This document shows, one piece after another, positions 30,273 through 42,513 of a stretch of DNA of 64,000 nucleotides (positions are counted from its first letter, which is position 1; each line of letters opens with the position of its first letter). The stretch comes from an uncultured Alphaproteobacteria bacterium. Lineage in GTDB: Bacteria > Pseudomonadota > Alphaproteobacteria > Methylaequorales > Methylaequoraceae. The stretch spans positions 71,433 through 135,432 of the forward strand of contig CABZFH010000003.1 of NCBI GenBank assembly GCA_902524895.1. Reading direction: 5' to 3'. Under the pieces are notes generated by a model, which saw only the letters and a program-made list of their open reading frames with translations, ran no database searches and was not told the origin of the DNA. Made by a program: the position numbers and the translations under genes.

Positions 30273-31281
30273 CAAAAATCATAATTTATTTTTATCTTTT
30301 TCAATAATTATTCTGATTTTATATTTAGGAAAAGATTTGCTAATTCCGTTTTTTTTCTCTGTTTTTTTATTTATTATTCTTAAATCTCTTTCAAGCAAAC
30401 TATCAGAAAAAAAAATTTCAAATACATCTTTACCCTATAATTTATCTTTTTTAATAGTTACAATTCTACTTATTTTTATTTTTTACCTTATTTGGATTAT
30501 GATAGAAAATAACCTCTCTAATGTGATTGCCTCTTCAGACGAGTATCAAAATAATTTATTGGAGATATACTCAAAAATAAAAGAGAGTAAATTGAAGTCT
30601 TTACCATTTTCTTATAATGAATTTGTAAAAGAATTAAACTTTACAAAAATTTTTTCTAATGCTTTAAATTTACTTACTTCATTAGCTAGTTATTTCTCAT
30701 TAATACTTTTGTACTTAATTTTTTTCATCTTAGAGGAAAACTTTTTTAAAATTAAAATTCTTAAACTATTTAAAAAAAACTCAGCAAAAAATATTTTCGA
30801 AAAAATCAGGACAGAAATTTTTGGATATTTTCAAATTAAAACTTTAACGAGTTTACTGACTGGTATTTTAACATTTCTACTTTTATTTTTATTTAATAGT
30901 GATTTTGCAATATTATTTGGTCTTTTGGCATTTATTTTAAATTTTATTCCCTTCTTAGGCTCTCTGATATCTGTATTATTACCATTCTTATTTTCTTTAG
31001 TGCAGTTTCTTGATTTTTTTCAAGCACTAATGATTTTGATTTTTTCTGTGATTATTCAAATTCTTATCGGAAATATTATTGAGCCTAAGCTTATGGGCAG
31101 ATCTCTAAATTTAAGTCCTTTGGTGATGCTTTTAACTCTTGGATTAATGGGAAAATTATGGGGTATTAGTGGTATGTTTTTGAGTATCCCAATCTTAGTC
31201 ATTTTATTAATTTGTTTTAATAATTTTCAATCAACAAAAAAAATAGCAATTCTATTGTCTGAAAAAGGGGAGATTAACTAA
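30259..31281 (+). CDS. AI-2E family transporter (PerM/UPF0118)
   Basis: About 8 TM. LNFIPFLGSLISV and IEPKLMGRSLNLSPLV, typical of UPF0118. Confidence 0.7.
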   Translation: MIINNKNHNLFLSFSIIILILYLGKDLLIPFFFSVFLFIILKSLSSKLSEKKISNTSLPYNLSFLIVTILLIFIFYLIWIMIENNLSNVIASSDEYQNNLLEIYSKIKESKLKSLPFSYNEFVKELNFTKIFSNALNLLTSLASYFSLILLYLIFFILEENFFKIKILKLFKKNSAKNIFEKIRTEIFGYFQIKTLTSLLTGILTFLLLFLFNSDFAILFGLLAFILNFIPFLGSLISVLLPFLFSLVQFLDFFQALMILIFSVIIQILIGNIIEPKLMGRSLNLSPLVMLLTLGLMGKLWGISGMFLSIPILVILLICFNNFQSTKKIAILLSEKGEIN

Positions 31282-32385
31282 ATTATCTTCTTTATGAATT
31301 TTGTGACTCAATTCAATTGAAAGCAACAAACCAAAGCCGAAAAAATAGGTTACCATAGACGAACCACCATATGAAACTAAAGGTAAAGGAATACCAACAA
31401 CAGGAGTAAGTCCCATCACCATTGCCATATTTATTGCTCCTGATATAAAGAAATTCGTAATTATAGCAATGCCTACAACCTTAGAAAAAAAACTCTTTTC
31501 AATTGAACTAACCATTAAATATCCAATTATACATATCAAAATAAAAAGACCAATAACAGATAAAGTACCTAAAAAACCGAACTCCTCACCTAACATAGAA
31601 AATATAAAATCTGTTTTCTTTTCTGGTAAAAAATCTAAATGAGATTGCGTACCTCTTAACCAACCTTTGCCAAAAAAACCACCTGAGCCAATAGCTATCT
31701 CTGATTGAATAATATGATAGCCTGTACCTAATGGATCTTTATACGGATCAAAAAAAGTAAGTAATCTTTGTTTCTGATATTCATGAAGTAAATTCCATAC
31801 AATGGGAGAAGAAAAAAAGAAAATAATACCACAAAACATAAAAAATTTATAATTTATCCCTACTATAAAGAAGACAACAGCTCCCAAAAAAAGTAATATT
31901 ATAGATGTTCCTAAATCTGGCTGATTAAGTATTATTAAAAATGGAATAGCTATCATTATTATGGGTATCAACAAAAAAAGATAATCTCTCAATCCTTCTA
32001 TTTTCCTCTCATCAAAAAATTTAGCTAGACCAATAATTAAAAAAATTTTCATTATCTCAGAAGGTTGGATATTTACTCCCAGAAAATTTATCCAACGCCT
32101 CGATCCTTTCCCTATAAATCCATAAAATGTAGCATATATTAAAATTATAATTCCGATTAAATAAAACAAAAATGAATACTTTTGCCATGTATTAATATTT
32201 ATAAGAGCAACTAACAACATAATTGTAAAACCAAAAACCAACTTAGCTAGATGTGAATAAGTTGATCTCATTCCTTCGGCATTAGATGCACTGTAAATCA
32301 TTATCAAACCAATTAAGGACAAAAATAAAACAGACATCACAAGTGTCCAGTTGAGATTTTTAAATTTATATACAATTTCCTGCAT
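31252..32385 (-). CDS. rodA: rod shape-determining protein RodA (SEDS family)
   Basis: QPSEIMK, DLGT, TDFIFS..GEEFGF, P.VGIPLPLVSYGGSS. Confidence 0.9.
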   Translation of the reverse strand: MQEIVYKFKNLNWTLVMSVLFLSLIGLIMIYSASNAEGMRSTYSHLAKLVFGFTIMLLVALININTWQKYSFLFYLIGIIILIYATFYGFIGKGSRRWINFLGVNIQPSEIMKIFLIIGLAKFFDERKIEGLRDYLFLLIPIIMIAIPFLIILNQPDLGTSIILLFLGAVVFFIVGINYKFFMFCGIIFFFSSPIVWNLLHEYQKQRLLTFFDPYKDPLGTGYHIIQSEIAIGSGGFFGKGWLRGTQSHLDFLPEKKTDFIFSMLGEEFGFLGTLSVIGLFILICIIGYLMVSSIEKSFFSKVVGIAIITNFFISGAINMAMVMGLTPVVGIPLPLVSYGGSSMVTYFFGFGLLLSIELSHKIHKEDNLVNLPFFRQ

Positions 32386-32386
32386 T

Positions 32387-34174
32387 TTAAGTATTTAAAA
32401 TCTTTAACGAATTATCTAAAATATCTCTTGCCATTGGAGCAGCTACTTTAGATCCACTACCTTCATGCTCTAAAATTATAGCAATAGCAAGTTGAGGGTC
32501 TTTAAATGGAGCAAATCCAGAAAATATTGAGTGATCTCTTAACTTATATGGTAATTCTTTATTTTCAAGAACACCCACTTCTCTCTCTGCCAAACTTATA
32601 CGTCTTACTTGTGAAGTGCCAGTTTTTCCCGCCATTTTATATTTTTTACTTTTCAATCTTGATGAAAATGCAGTTCCTTTATATTCATTTACAACTCCAA
32701 ACATTGAATCTCTTACGAAATTAAGTGAATTCTTATCAATATCAAGATCTGAAAAGTTTGGTTGTGTATTTGGATCATATTTAATTTTGGGATAAATAAT
32801 TTTTCCACTAGCAATCCTTGCAGTCATGATTGCCAGTTGTAGTGGAGTTGAAAGTGTAAAACCTTGGCCAATTACAGCGTTGTAGGTTTCTCCAAGATGC
32901 CAAGAATCATTTTTATTTTTTTTCTTCCATTGAACGGTCGGCATTAGTCCACTGCTTTCATTTGGTAAATCAATCTTTGTTTTATTTCCCATTGAGAATT
33001 TCTTTGCCATTTTAGCTAATTCGTCAATATTAATATCTTTTGCTAAATTATAAAAAAAACAATCACATGATTCTTTTATTGCTTGTCTTAAATCAACATA
33101 ACCATGACCTTTTCTTTTCCAACAGTGAAATTTGTGATTTCCTAACTCTGTCGAACCAGAACAAAAATACTTTTGAGTAAGACTAAAATTATTTTGTAAA
33201 ACGAAAAGAGCAACAATTAATTTAAAAGTTGATCCTGGAGCATATAGGCCTGAGATTGATTTATTCAAAAGTGGTTTGTGTGGATCACTTTGATAGACTT
33301 TCCAGTTATCATTTTTAATTCCATAACTAAATTCGTTAATATCGAAAGAAGGTGATGATATCATTGAAATTACACCACCAGTATAACAATCTATCAACAC
33401 CATACTTCCATTCATTTTTTTTATCAAATCATAGTTGTACTCTTGAATATCAGAGTTTAGATAAGTTTGAAGGTTTTCCCCAGACGTACTTTTTAAATTG
33501 TCCAGTTTTCTTACGATTGTTCCGCTAGAATTTGACTCAATTTTTTGCCAGCCTTCTTTTCCAACTAAAATGGAGTCATAAATTTTTTCTATACCCGTTT
33601 TTCCAATTTTTAAATCAGGTAAATTTTTTTTTCTTTTAACACTAGAATCATAACCAACATATCCAACAACATGAGAGAAGGCATAATTATTTTCATAGCT
33701 TCTAACCTTTTCCTTTGTTATAGACATAAAAGGGAATTGGTGAGAAAAATATTCAAATGTCTCTAATTCTTCCCACGTTAAATTTTTTTTAATTGTAATA
33801 AAGTCGTCGAGAGTCTTTCTTTTCAAATTCTTATTTAATTGAAAAAAGTCATCTTCAGTTATATTTAAAATTTTTTGTAATTTGATTATTTCTCTAGTTA
33901 CCAAATTTTTTTTTTCTTTTAAAAGGCTTAGCTGATAGTCAATTCTATTCTCAGCAATCCTTTTATTGTTTTTATCAAAAATAATTCCTCTTTCGGGATG
34001 CAAAATTTTTATCTTTGTTCTATTATCCTCAGAAAGCTTTCCAAATTTTGATTTATTGAGAATTTGTAGGTAGTATAACTTACCAATTATTAGAGAGGAA
34101 AGTACTGCTTTTCCTAAACCGAGTATAAATATCCTTTTCTGAAAACCCTTATGCTCTTCAATGTCTCTATTCAT
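32387..34174 (-). CDS. mrdA: penicillin-binding protein 2 (elongasome transpeptidase)
   Basis: PGSTFK (SxxK), SCD (SxN-like), KTGTSQ (KTG). Confidence 0.9.
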   Translation of the reverse strand: MNRDIEEHKGFQKRIFILGLGKAVLSSLIIGKLYYLQILNKSKFGKLSEDNRTKIKILHPERGIIFDKNNKRIAENRIDYQLSLLKEKKNLVTREIIKLQKILNITEDDFFQLNKNLKRKTLDDFITIKKNLTWEELETFEYFSHQFPFMSITKEKVRSYENNYAFSHVVGYVGYDSSVKRKKNLPDLKIGKTGIEKIYDSILVGKEGWQKIESNSSGTIVRKLDNLKSTSGENLQTYLNSDIQEYNYDLIKKMNGSMVLIDCYTGGVISMISSPSFDINEFSYGIKNDNWKVYQSDPHKPLLNKSISGLYAPGSTFKLIVALFVLQNNFSLTQKYFCSGSTELGNHKFHCWKRKGHGYVDLRQAIKESCDCFFYNLAKDINIDELAKMAKKFSMGNKTKIDLPNESSGLMPTVQWKKKNKNDSWHLGETYNAVIGQGFTLSTPLQLAIMTARIASGKIIYPKIKYDPNTQPNFSDLDIDKNSLNFVRDSMFGVVNEYKGTAFSSRLKSKKYKMAGKTGTSQVRRISLAEREVGVLENKELPYKLRDHSIFSGFAPFKDPQLAIAIILEHEGSGSKVAAPMARDILDNSLKILNT

Positions 34175-34688
34175 CGTAAAATTTTATTTTATCATTTAAC
34201 TTACTAACTAACATAAAAAAAACAGGAAAAACTGCTACTGTTATTAATATTGTAATTATAAATTCAATAATATCAAATTTTATTTCATCTAGAAAAAGGT
34301 CGTGAAAAATAAAATTAAATAAACTATAAGCTAAAAAGATTGAACCAAATCTTATCCAAGTAAAAACGAACTTTTTACAGTATAAATTTTCATTATCTTT
34401 TCGTTGGATTAAGAAAATAGATAGTAAAAATAATGATGAAAATCCAAAAAAGATATTATTGAACAAATCAACTAAAATTCCAAAAAATAAAAGAATTATA
34501 GGCCTTAGTCGTTTATAATCACAACATATCCAGCAGTATAAAACCAAAAGACCAGTATTAGATTTGAAGTAATCAAATTGAAAAAAATACAATGGTGAGG
34601 AATCTATTATGCAAAATAAAAATGATGATATAAATGGGGAGGCTAATAAAATATTTGTATAAAATTTGTTGATAAAATTTAAACTCAT
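34167..34688 (-). CDS. mreD: rod shape-determining protein MreD
   Basis: 173-aa polytopic membrane protein located between mreC and mrdA. Confidence 0.7.
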   Translation of the reverse strand: MSLNFINKFYTNILLASPFISSFLFCIIDSSPLYFFQFDYFKSNTGLLVLYCWICCDYKRLRPIILLFFGILVDLFNNIFFGFSSLFLLSIFLIQRKDNENLYCKKFVFTWIRFGSIFLAYSLFNFIFHDLFLDEIKFDIIEFIITILITVAVFPVFFMLVSKLNDKIKFYDE

Positions 34689-34690
34689 TA

Positions 34691-35539
34691 CTACTGCGGA
34701 AAAGGTTGATTCTTTTCGAAATCATAAACTAAAACTTTTATGTATTTGGAATCCTCTTTTCTTGCCAACGGTTTAATATACGTTTTATTATCAACTTTTA
34801 CAACTTTGCCAACTCGTATACCTTCCTGAAAATAACCTGAAGAATTTGTTGATAGGATCATTTCACCGTTTATTAAATTATTGTTTCCCTCTAAATGTTT
34901 TATACCGAAACCATCTAAATTACCATTAACAAAAAATTTCAAGTTACTTTTTAATGAAAAAACAGGTAAATTAGATTTAGGATCTGTCAGAAGTAATACT
35001 TCAGAAGAACTTTTATTAACTTTAATTATACGTCCAATCAACCCATTTTGGTTTAATACAGGATTACTAATTTTGACATTATGATCTAAGCCAATATCGA
35101 TAAATATATTTTGAGATGCAAAATTAATTGGGTCATTAATTATTCTTCCGGAAACTTTATAGCTCGATGGTGGTGATTTCAAATTAAGTAAATTTTTTAG
35201 TTCGTGATTTTCAATCTCCAGATGGTAAAGTTCATTAAGTTGAGATTCATAATTCTCTAATTTAGAAATTAATTTTTTATTTTGTTCTTTAATTTCAAAA
35301 ATATAGTTCATCTGTTCTATTATCTCCGTCAATTTGTTGAATGGATATATAAAAATCTTAGAAAATGGATCAAAGTAATCGATTAATAAAATTCTTACGT
35401 CTGAATTTTCCTTTTTATAATTGAATGATAATATTATCAATGCGATTGAAATGATAAATGAAATTAATATTTCAATAAAACTATAATTAAAGAAAGTTGG
35501 TTTTAAAAATTTTGAAAATGAACTCTGTGAGTAAGCCAT
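34691..35539 (-). CDS. mreC: rod shape-determining protein MreC
   Basis: N-terminal TM, coiled-coil (ENHELKNLL), then a beta-rich domain. Synteny with mreB. Confidence 0.8.
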   Translation of the reverse strand: MAYSQSSFSKFLKPTFFNYSFIEILISFIISIALIILSFNYKKENSDVRILLIDYFDPFSKIFIYPFNKLTEIIEQMNYIFEIKEQNKKLISKLENYESQLNELYHLEIENHELKNLLNLKSPPSSYKVSGRIINDPINFASQNIFIDIGLDHNVKISNPVLNQNGLIGRIIKVNKSSSEVLLLTDPKSNLPVFSLKSNLKFFVNGNLDGFGIKHLEGNNNLINGEMILSTNSSGYFQEGIRVGKVVKVDNKTYIKPLARKEDSKYIKVLVYDFEKNQPFPQ

Positions 35540-35541
35540 TT

Positions 35542-36588
<1,047 letters not shown>

Positions 36589-36642
36589 TTAGTATTCTAA
36601 ATAGTTATAATTTATTATAATCACAAATTTTAAAAAAATACA

Positions 36643-38217
36643 CTATATTGCGTGTTTATCGAAAGTTTCATTGCTTTTCTTTAAATTGTTAGATAGAAAA
36701 ATTTCTTTTTTATTTTTAAGTTTATTTAAAGCATTAATGTATGACTTTGCAGAAGCCACCATTGTGTCAATATTTTTTCCTTGACCTAAAACAGCTATAC
36801 CAGATTCTTCTAGTCTCACAATCACCTCAGCTTGAGCGTCAATTCCTTTAGTTATTGCATTAACTTGATACAAAATTAATTGAGATTTATTTGGAACAAC
36901 TTTTTTTATTGAGTTAAAAATTGCATCTATTGGTCCTTGTCCTGAAGAAGTAGAAGTAAAATTGCTTCCATCAATTTTCAAATTAATAGTTGCTTCAGCT
37001 TTAGCTTTATTACCACATTTTACATCAAGCTCCAAAAATTGAATGTAATTGTAGTTTAAGTCAAAAGTATCATCAACAAGAGCTATAATATCCTCCTCAA
37101 AGATTTGTTTTTTTCTGTCGGCTAAATCTTTGAATTTTTTAAAAATCTTATTTAACTCTTTTTCTGATTTAAATTTATAACCCAATTCATTTAATTTTAC
37201 TTTAAATGCATGTCTTCCAGAATGTTTTCCTAGTACAAGCTCAGAGGACTGCAAACCTATGGATTCTGGTGTCATTATCTCATATGTATTAGCATTTTTT
37301 AGCATTCCATCCTGATGGATACCCGATTCATGTGCAAAAGCATTTTTGCCAACTATTGCTTTATTAGGTTGAACTTTAAAACCCGTAATTTGGGATACTA
37401 GTTTCGAAATCTTAATTATTTTCTTAGTTTCAACATTTGAATAAAAAGGAAAAAGATCCTTTCTTGTTTTTAAACACATTATAATTTCTTCTAATGCGGC
37501 ATTACCTGCTCTTTCTCCTATGCCATTTATAGTACATTCAACTTGTCTTGCCCCCGATAATAAGGCATTAATTGAATTTGATACTGCTAAGCCTAGGTCA
37601 TTATGGCAGTGTACCGAAAGTGTTGCTTTGTCAATATTTGCAACATTATCCTTAATTTTCTTTATTAGATCAGAAAATTCAGAAGGCACTGAATATCCGA
37701 CAGTATCAGGAATATTTATTGTTTTTGCACCGAAAGAAATTGCTGTTTCAATAGATTTGTATAAAAAGTCAAGATCAGTTCTGGAGGCATCTTCGGGTGA
37801 CCATTCGACATCATTGACAAATTTCATAGCTCTTTGAACGCTACTTTTTATAGCAGCAATTACATCCTCTTTAGACATCCTGAGTTTATATTTCATATGT
37901 AAATCGCTGGTTGAGATAAAAGTATGTATCCTAGGATGTTTTGCTTTCTTTAGAGCCTCTCCAGCTGTATCAATATCTCTTTTTTGCGCTCTAGCTAAAC
38001 CACAAATAATTGAATTTTTAGCTGTCTCAGAAACTTTTTTTACAGAATCAAAATCTCCTTGGGAAGCAAAAGGAAAACCTGCTTCAATTACATCAACCTT
38101 CATAGAATCTAATAGTTCAGCAATTTTTATTTTATCTTCTACCGACATTGACACTCCAGCTGATTGTTCTCCATCTCTCAATGTTGTGTCAAAAATTACA
38201 ATTTTATCTTTTTTCAT
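36643..38217 (-). CDS. leuA: 2-isopropylmalate synthase
   Basis: IFDTTLRDGEQS, HCHNDLGLAV, HESGIHQDG, plus a C-terminal LeuA regulatory domain. Confidence 0.95.
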   Translation of the reverse strand: MKKDKIVIFDTTLRDGEQSAGVSMSVEDKIKIAELLDSMKVDVIEAGFPFASQGDFDSVKKVSETAKNSIICGLARAQKRDIDTAGEALKKAKHPRIHTFISTSDLHMKYKLRMSKEDVIAAIKSSVQRAMKFVNDVEWSPEDASRTDLDFLYKSIETAISFGAKTINIPDTVGYSVPSEFSDLIKKIKDNVANIDKATLSVHCHNDLGLAVSNSINALLSGARQVECTINGIGERAGNAALEEIIMCLKTRKDLFPFYSNVETKKIIKISKLVSQITGFKVQPNKAIVGKNAFAHESGIHQDGMLKNANTYEIMTPESIGLQSSELVLGKHSGRHAFKVKLNELGYKFKSEKELNKIFKKFKDLADRKKQIFEEDIIALVDDTFDLNYNYIQFLELDVKCGNKAKAEATINLKIDGSNFTSTSSGQGPIDAIFNSIKKVVPNKSQLILYQVNAITKGIDAQAEVIVRLEESGIAVLGQGKNIDTMVASAKSYINALNKLKNKKEIFLSNNLKKSNETFDKHAI

Positions 38218-38233
38218 ATTATAATGTTTTTTC

Positions 38234-39256
<1,023 letters not shown>

Positions 39257-39274
39257 TTATCCTTTATTTTAAAA

Positions 39275-39787
39275 CTACTTTTTTATAAAACTTGAATCTA
39301 TAGGCATTGAAACCAAACCAGATCTTGTTAATTCAATAATACCAAATGTCCTAAGTAATTTAATAAATTTTGATATATTTAGAGAAGTTCCAACCATTTC
39401 TAAAATTAATTCGTTGTTTTGATCACTAAGAATACTAGCATTGAATTTATTGGCAATATCAAAAGTTTTTTTTTGGTTTTTTTGATTTTTTTTAATTTTT
39501 ATTAAAATGTATTCTTTAGCAATAAATGACTCTTGTTGAGTTATGTCAATTAAGTTATGAACTGGAATAAGTTTGTTTAGTTGAGCTTTAATTTGATCAA
39601 CGATAATTTTTGTCCCTGATGTAACTATTGTTACTCTCGATAGAAATTTGTCTGAATCTACTTCTGAGACAGATAAACTTTCAATATTATAACCTCTACC
39701 CGAGAATAAACCTACAACCCTTGCTAACACACCTGGCTCATTATCGACCATGATTGAGATAATGTACTTATCACTCTTATTTGTCAT
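39275..39787 (-). CDS. ilvH: acetolactate synthase small (regulatory) subunit
   Basis: ISIMVDNEPGVLARVVGLFSGRGYNIESL (ACT domain). Confidence 0.85.
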   Translation of the reverse strand: MTNKSDKYIISIMVDNEPGVLARVVGLFSGRGYNIESLSVSEVDSDKFLSRVTIVTSGTKIIVDQIKAQLNKLIPVHNLIDITQQESFIAKEYILIKIKKNQKNQKKTFDIANKFNASILSDQNNELILEMVGTSLNISKFIKLLRTFGIIELTRSGLVSMPIDSSFIKK

Positions 39788-39795
39788 ATGTCTTC

Positions 39796-41556
39796 TTAGA
39801 CAAGAACCATTCCATCCTCTGAAATACCGTCTTCAAATTCATCATTTGGACCAAGTAGCATTTGATCATGTGTCGCGCCAGAAGGAATCATAGGAAAACA
39901 ATTTTCTGTTTCATCTACACATACATCAAAGATTACAGGACCTTTAATTTCGATCATTTCTTTAATCATTAAATCCAAGTCATTAGGTTGAGTTGCTCTA
40001 AGACCTACTGCACCGAATGATTCTGCTAATTTTACAAAATCAGGAAGAGATTCCATATATGACTCTGATAATCTATTTCCATGAAGAAGTTCCTGCCATT
40101 GTCTTACCATACCCATATAGTGATTATTTAAGATAAAAATTTTTACTGGCAACCTATATTGCTTTAGTGTGGACATCTCCTGAATATTCATTAATATTGA
40201 AGCTTCGCCAGCAACATCAATAACTAAACTTTTAGGATGAGCTATTTGCGTTCCCATAGCAGCTGGTAAACCATAACCCATAGTACCCAAACCACCTGAT
40301 GTCATCCAGTGGTTAGGTTTATTAAAAGTTAAGTATTGAGCAGCCCACATCTGATGCTGACCAACCTCGGTTGTAATGTATGGGCATAGGTTTTTTGTTA
40401 GCTCGTTCAAACGTTCTAAGGCATATTGAGGTTTGATTAATTTTTTTGAATTTTTATATGCTAAACAATCTTTTTTCCTCCACTTATTTATTTTTTTCCA
40501 CCAGTTGGAATACTTTTGTTTTTGAAAATGCATTTTTTTCTTATTTAACAAGTTTAAAATTTCTTTGAGAACCTTTTTTATATCTCCTTGAATTGTTAAA
40601 TCAACATTAACGCTCTTATTAAACGATGACGGATCAATATCAATATGTATTTTTTTAGATTTTGGGGAAAAACCTGAAACTTTTCCTGTAATTCTATCAT
40701 CAAACCTTGCTCCTATGCAGATCATTAAATCACATTGATGCATAGCTAAATTAGATTCATAAGTTCCATGCATTCCCAACATGCCTAGAGCTTGTTGGTC
40801 AGAGGTTGGAAATGCTCCAAGACCCATTAAAGTTTGTGTGCATGGAAAACCGGTTTTTTTTATCAACTCAAAAAGTAATCTTGAAGCCTTTGGACCTGAA
40901 TTAATAACTCCCCCTCCAACATAAAAAATTGGTTTTTCTGATTGACCAATCATTTCCACAAAAAATTTAATTGAGTCTTTGTTAGGATCTACTTGTGGTG
41001 AGTAATATGAGATTTTTTTTGTGTTTGTTTTTCCTTCATAATTTGTTCTAAAAGTTTGAATATCTTTTGGAATATCTACCAAAACTGGGCCTGGTCTACC
41101 ATTAGATGCGATAAAAAAAGCAGAATGAATTGCACCGGCTAAATTGTCAACATCCTTTACGAGATAATTGTGTTTTGTACATGGTCTTGTAATTCCTACT
41201 ATGTCCGCTTCTTGGAATGCGTCATTCCCAATCATGTGCGTGGGAACTTGACCTGATATACATACTATTGGAACAGAATCCATCATTGCGTCAGTTAATC
41301 CAGTTACTGTATTCGTTGCACCAGGTCCGGAAGTTACCAGAACCACCCCTATTTTTCCTGTGGATCGTGCATATCCTTCAGCAGCATGCACTGCTGCTTG
41401 TTCATGTCTAACGAGAATATGTCGAATTTTTTTTTGTTTAAATAATTCGTCATAAATTGGTAATACTGCTCCCCCAGGATATCCAAATATTACATCCACT
41501 TTTTCGTTAATAAGGCATTCAACTAATAGTTTTGCTCCAGTTATTTTTTTTATCAT
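39796..41556 (-). CDS. ilvB: acetolactate synthase large subunit
   Basis: GYPGGA.LPIYD, TSGPGATN, thiamine-PP motif GLGTMGYGLPAA..N-N. Confidence 0.95.
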   Translation of the reverse strand: MIKKITGAKLLVECLINEKVDVIFGYPGGAVLPIYDELFKQKKIRHILVRHEQAAVHAAEGYARSTGKIGVVLVTSGPGATNTVTGLTDAMMDSVPIVCISGQVPTHMIGNDAFQEADIVGITRPCTKHNYLVKDVDNLAGAIHSAFFIASNGRPGPVLVDIPKDIQTFRTNYEGKTNTKKISYYSPQVDPNKDSIKFFVEMIGQSEKPIFYVGGGVINSGPKASRLLFELIKKTGFPCTQTLMGLGAFPTSDQQALGMLGMHGTYESNLAMHQCDLMICIGARFDDRITGKVSGFSPKSKKIHIDIDPSSFNKSVNVDLTIQGDIKKVLKEILNLLNKKKMHFQKQKYSNWWKKINKWRKKDCLAYKNSKKLIKPQYALERLNELTKNLCPYITTEVGQHQMWAAQYLTFNKPNHWMTSGGLGTMGYGLPAAMGTQIAHPKSLVIDVAGEASILMNIQEMSTLKQYRLPVKIFILNNHYMGMVRQWQELLHGNRLSESYMESLPDFVKLAESFGAVGLRATQPNDLDLMIKEMIEIKGPVIFDVCVDETENCFPMIPSGATHDQMLLGPNDEFEDGISEDGMVLV

Positions 41557-41591
41557 TTTAATAAAGTAAACTAATTATATAATTTAAACAT

Positions 41592-42512
41592 CTAAAATTT
41601 ATTTTTTTTTTTAATCAAGTTAATTAAAAATTTATAGGCATCTTCTTTATTAAGATAATAAGCATTTAAAGGTTGATGATTAAACCAAGTAATTTGTCTT
41701 TTTGCGAAATTTCTAGTGTCTCTTTGGGCAGATATGATTGCATCTTTGAATGATATTTTATTTTCTAAATAAGAAATTAAATATCGTAACCCAATTATTT
41801 TATTTATTGGATGTTCAGGTTTTACTTTTAAAGTCATAAATCTTCTTACTTCGTTGATAACTCCATCTTCTATCATTTTTAAAAATCTTTTATTAATGTT
41901 CTCGTACAAATATGTTCTTTTTGTTTTAATGACAACAAAAATATGATTTCTCGTATTTGTAAGACTATTTTTCTTATGCCAATAACTCAAATTTTTTCCC
42001 GTTGAAACCCTGACCTCGATGGCTCTTATAATTCGTTGAGTGTCATTGCAATGCAGATTTTTTGCTGTTTCAGGATCAATTATCTGAAGTTTTCTAAAAA
42101 AAAATTGATTCCCCTTCTTTTTATGCAATTCTTGAATTTTTTTTTTAACTTTTTCCTTTATTTCAGGAATTTCAGATATCTCTTTTTCTAGTCCACTTAA
42201 ATATAAGCCAGTTCCGCCAACAACTATGGGGATTTTCCCGACTAAACGTGATTTAATTATTTCTTCTTTTGCTCTTTTTATCCACCAGCCAAAATTACAT
42301 TTTTTATCAACAGAAAGTTCTCCAAAGATTTTACAATTATAATTTATTAGATCTTTTTCTCTTGGTCTATTTGTTAAAATTGAAAAGTCTTTGTAAACTT
42401 GCATGCTATCTGCATTTATTATAGTAGAAGGATATTTTTTTGATATTAGATGAGCTATATCAGTTTTTCCCGAGGCAGTTGGTCCAGCTATTATAATAGT
42501 CGTAAGATTCAA
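41592..42512 (-). CDS. miaA: tRNA dimethylallyltransferase
   Basis: IIAGPTASGKT, PIVVGGTGLY, RQITWF. Confidence 0.9.
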   Translation of the reverse strand: MNLTTIIIAGPTASGKTDIAHLISKKYPSTIINADSMQVYKDFSILTNRPREKDLINYNCKIFGELSVDKKCNFGWWIKRAKEEIIKSRLVGKIPIVVGGTGLYLSGLEKEISEIPEIKEKVKKKIQELHKKKGNQFFFRKLQIIDPETAKNLHCNDTQRIIRAIEVRVSTGKNLSYWHKKNSLTNTRNHIFVVIKTKRTYLYENINKRFLKMIEDGVINEVRRFMTLKVKPEHPINKIIGLRYLISYLENKISFKDAIISAQRDTRNFAKRQITWFNHQPLNAYYLNKEDAYKFLINLIKKKNKF

Positions 42513-42513
42513 G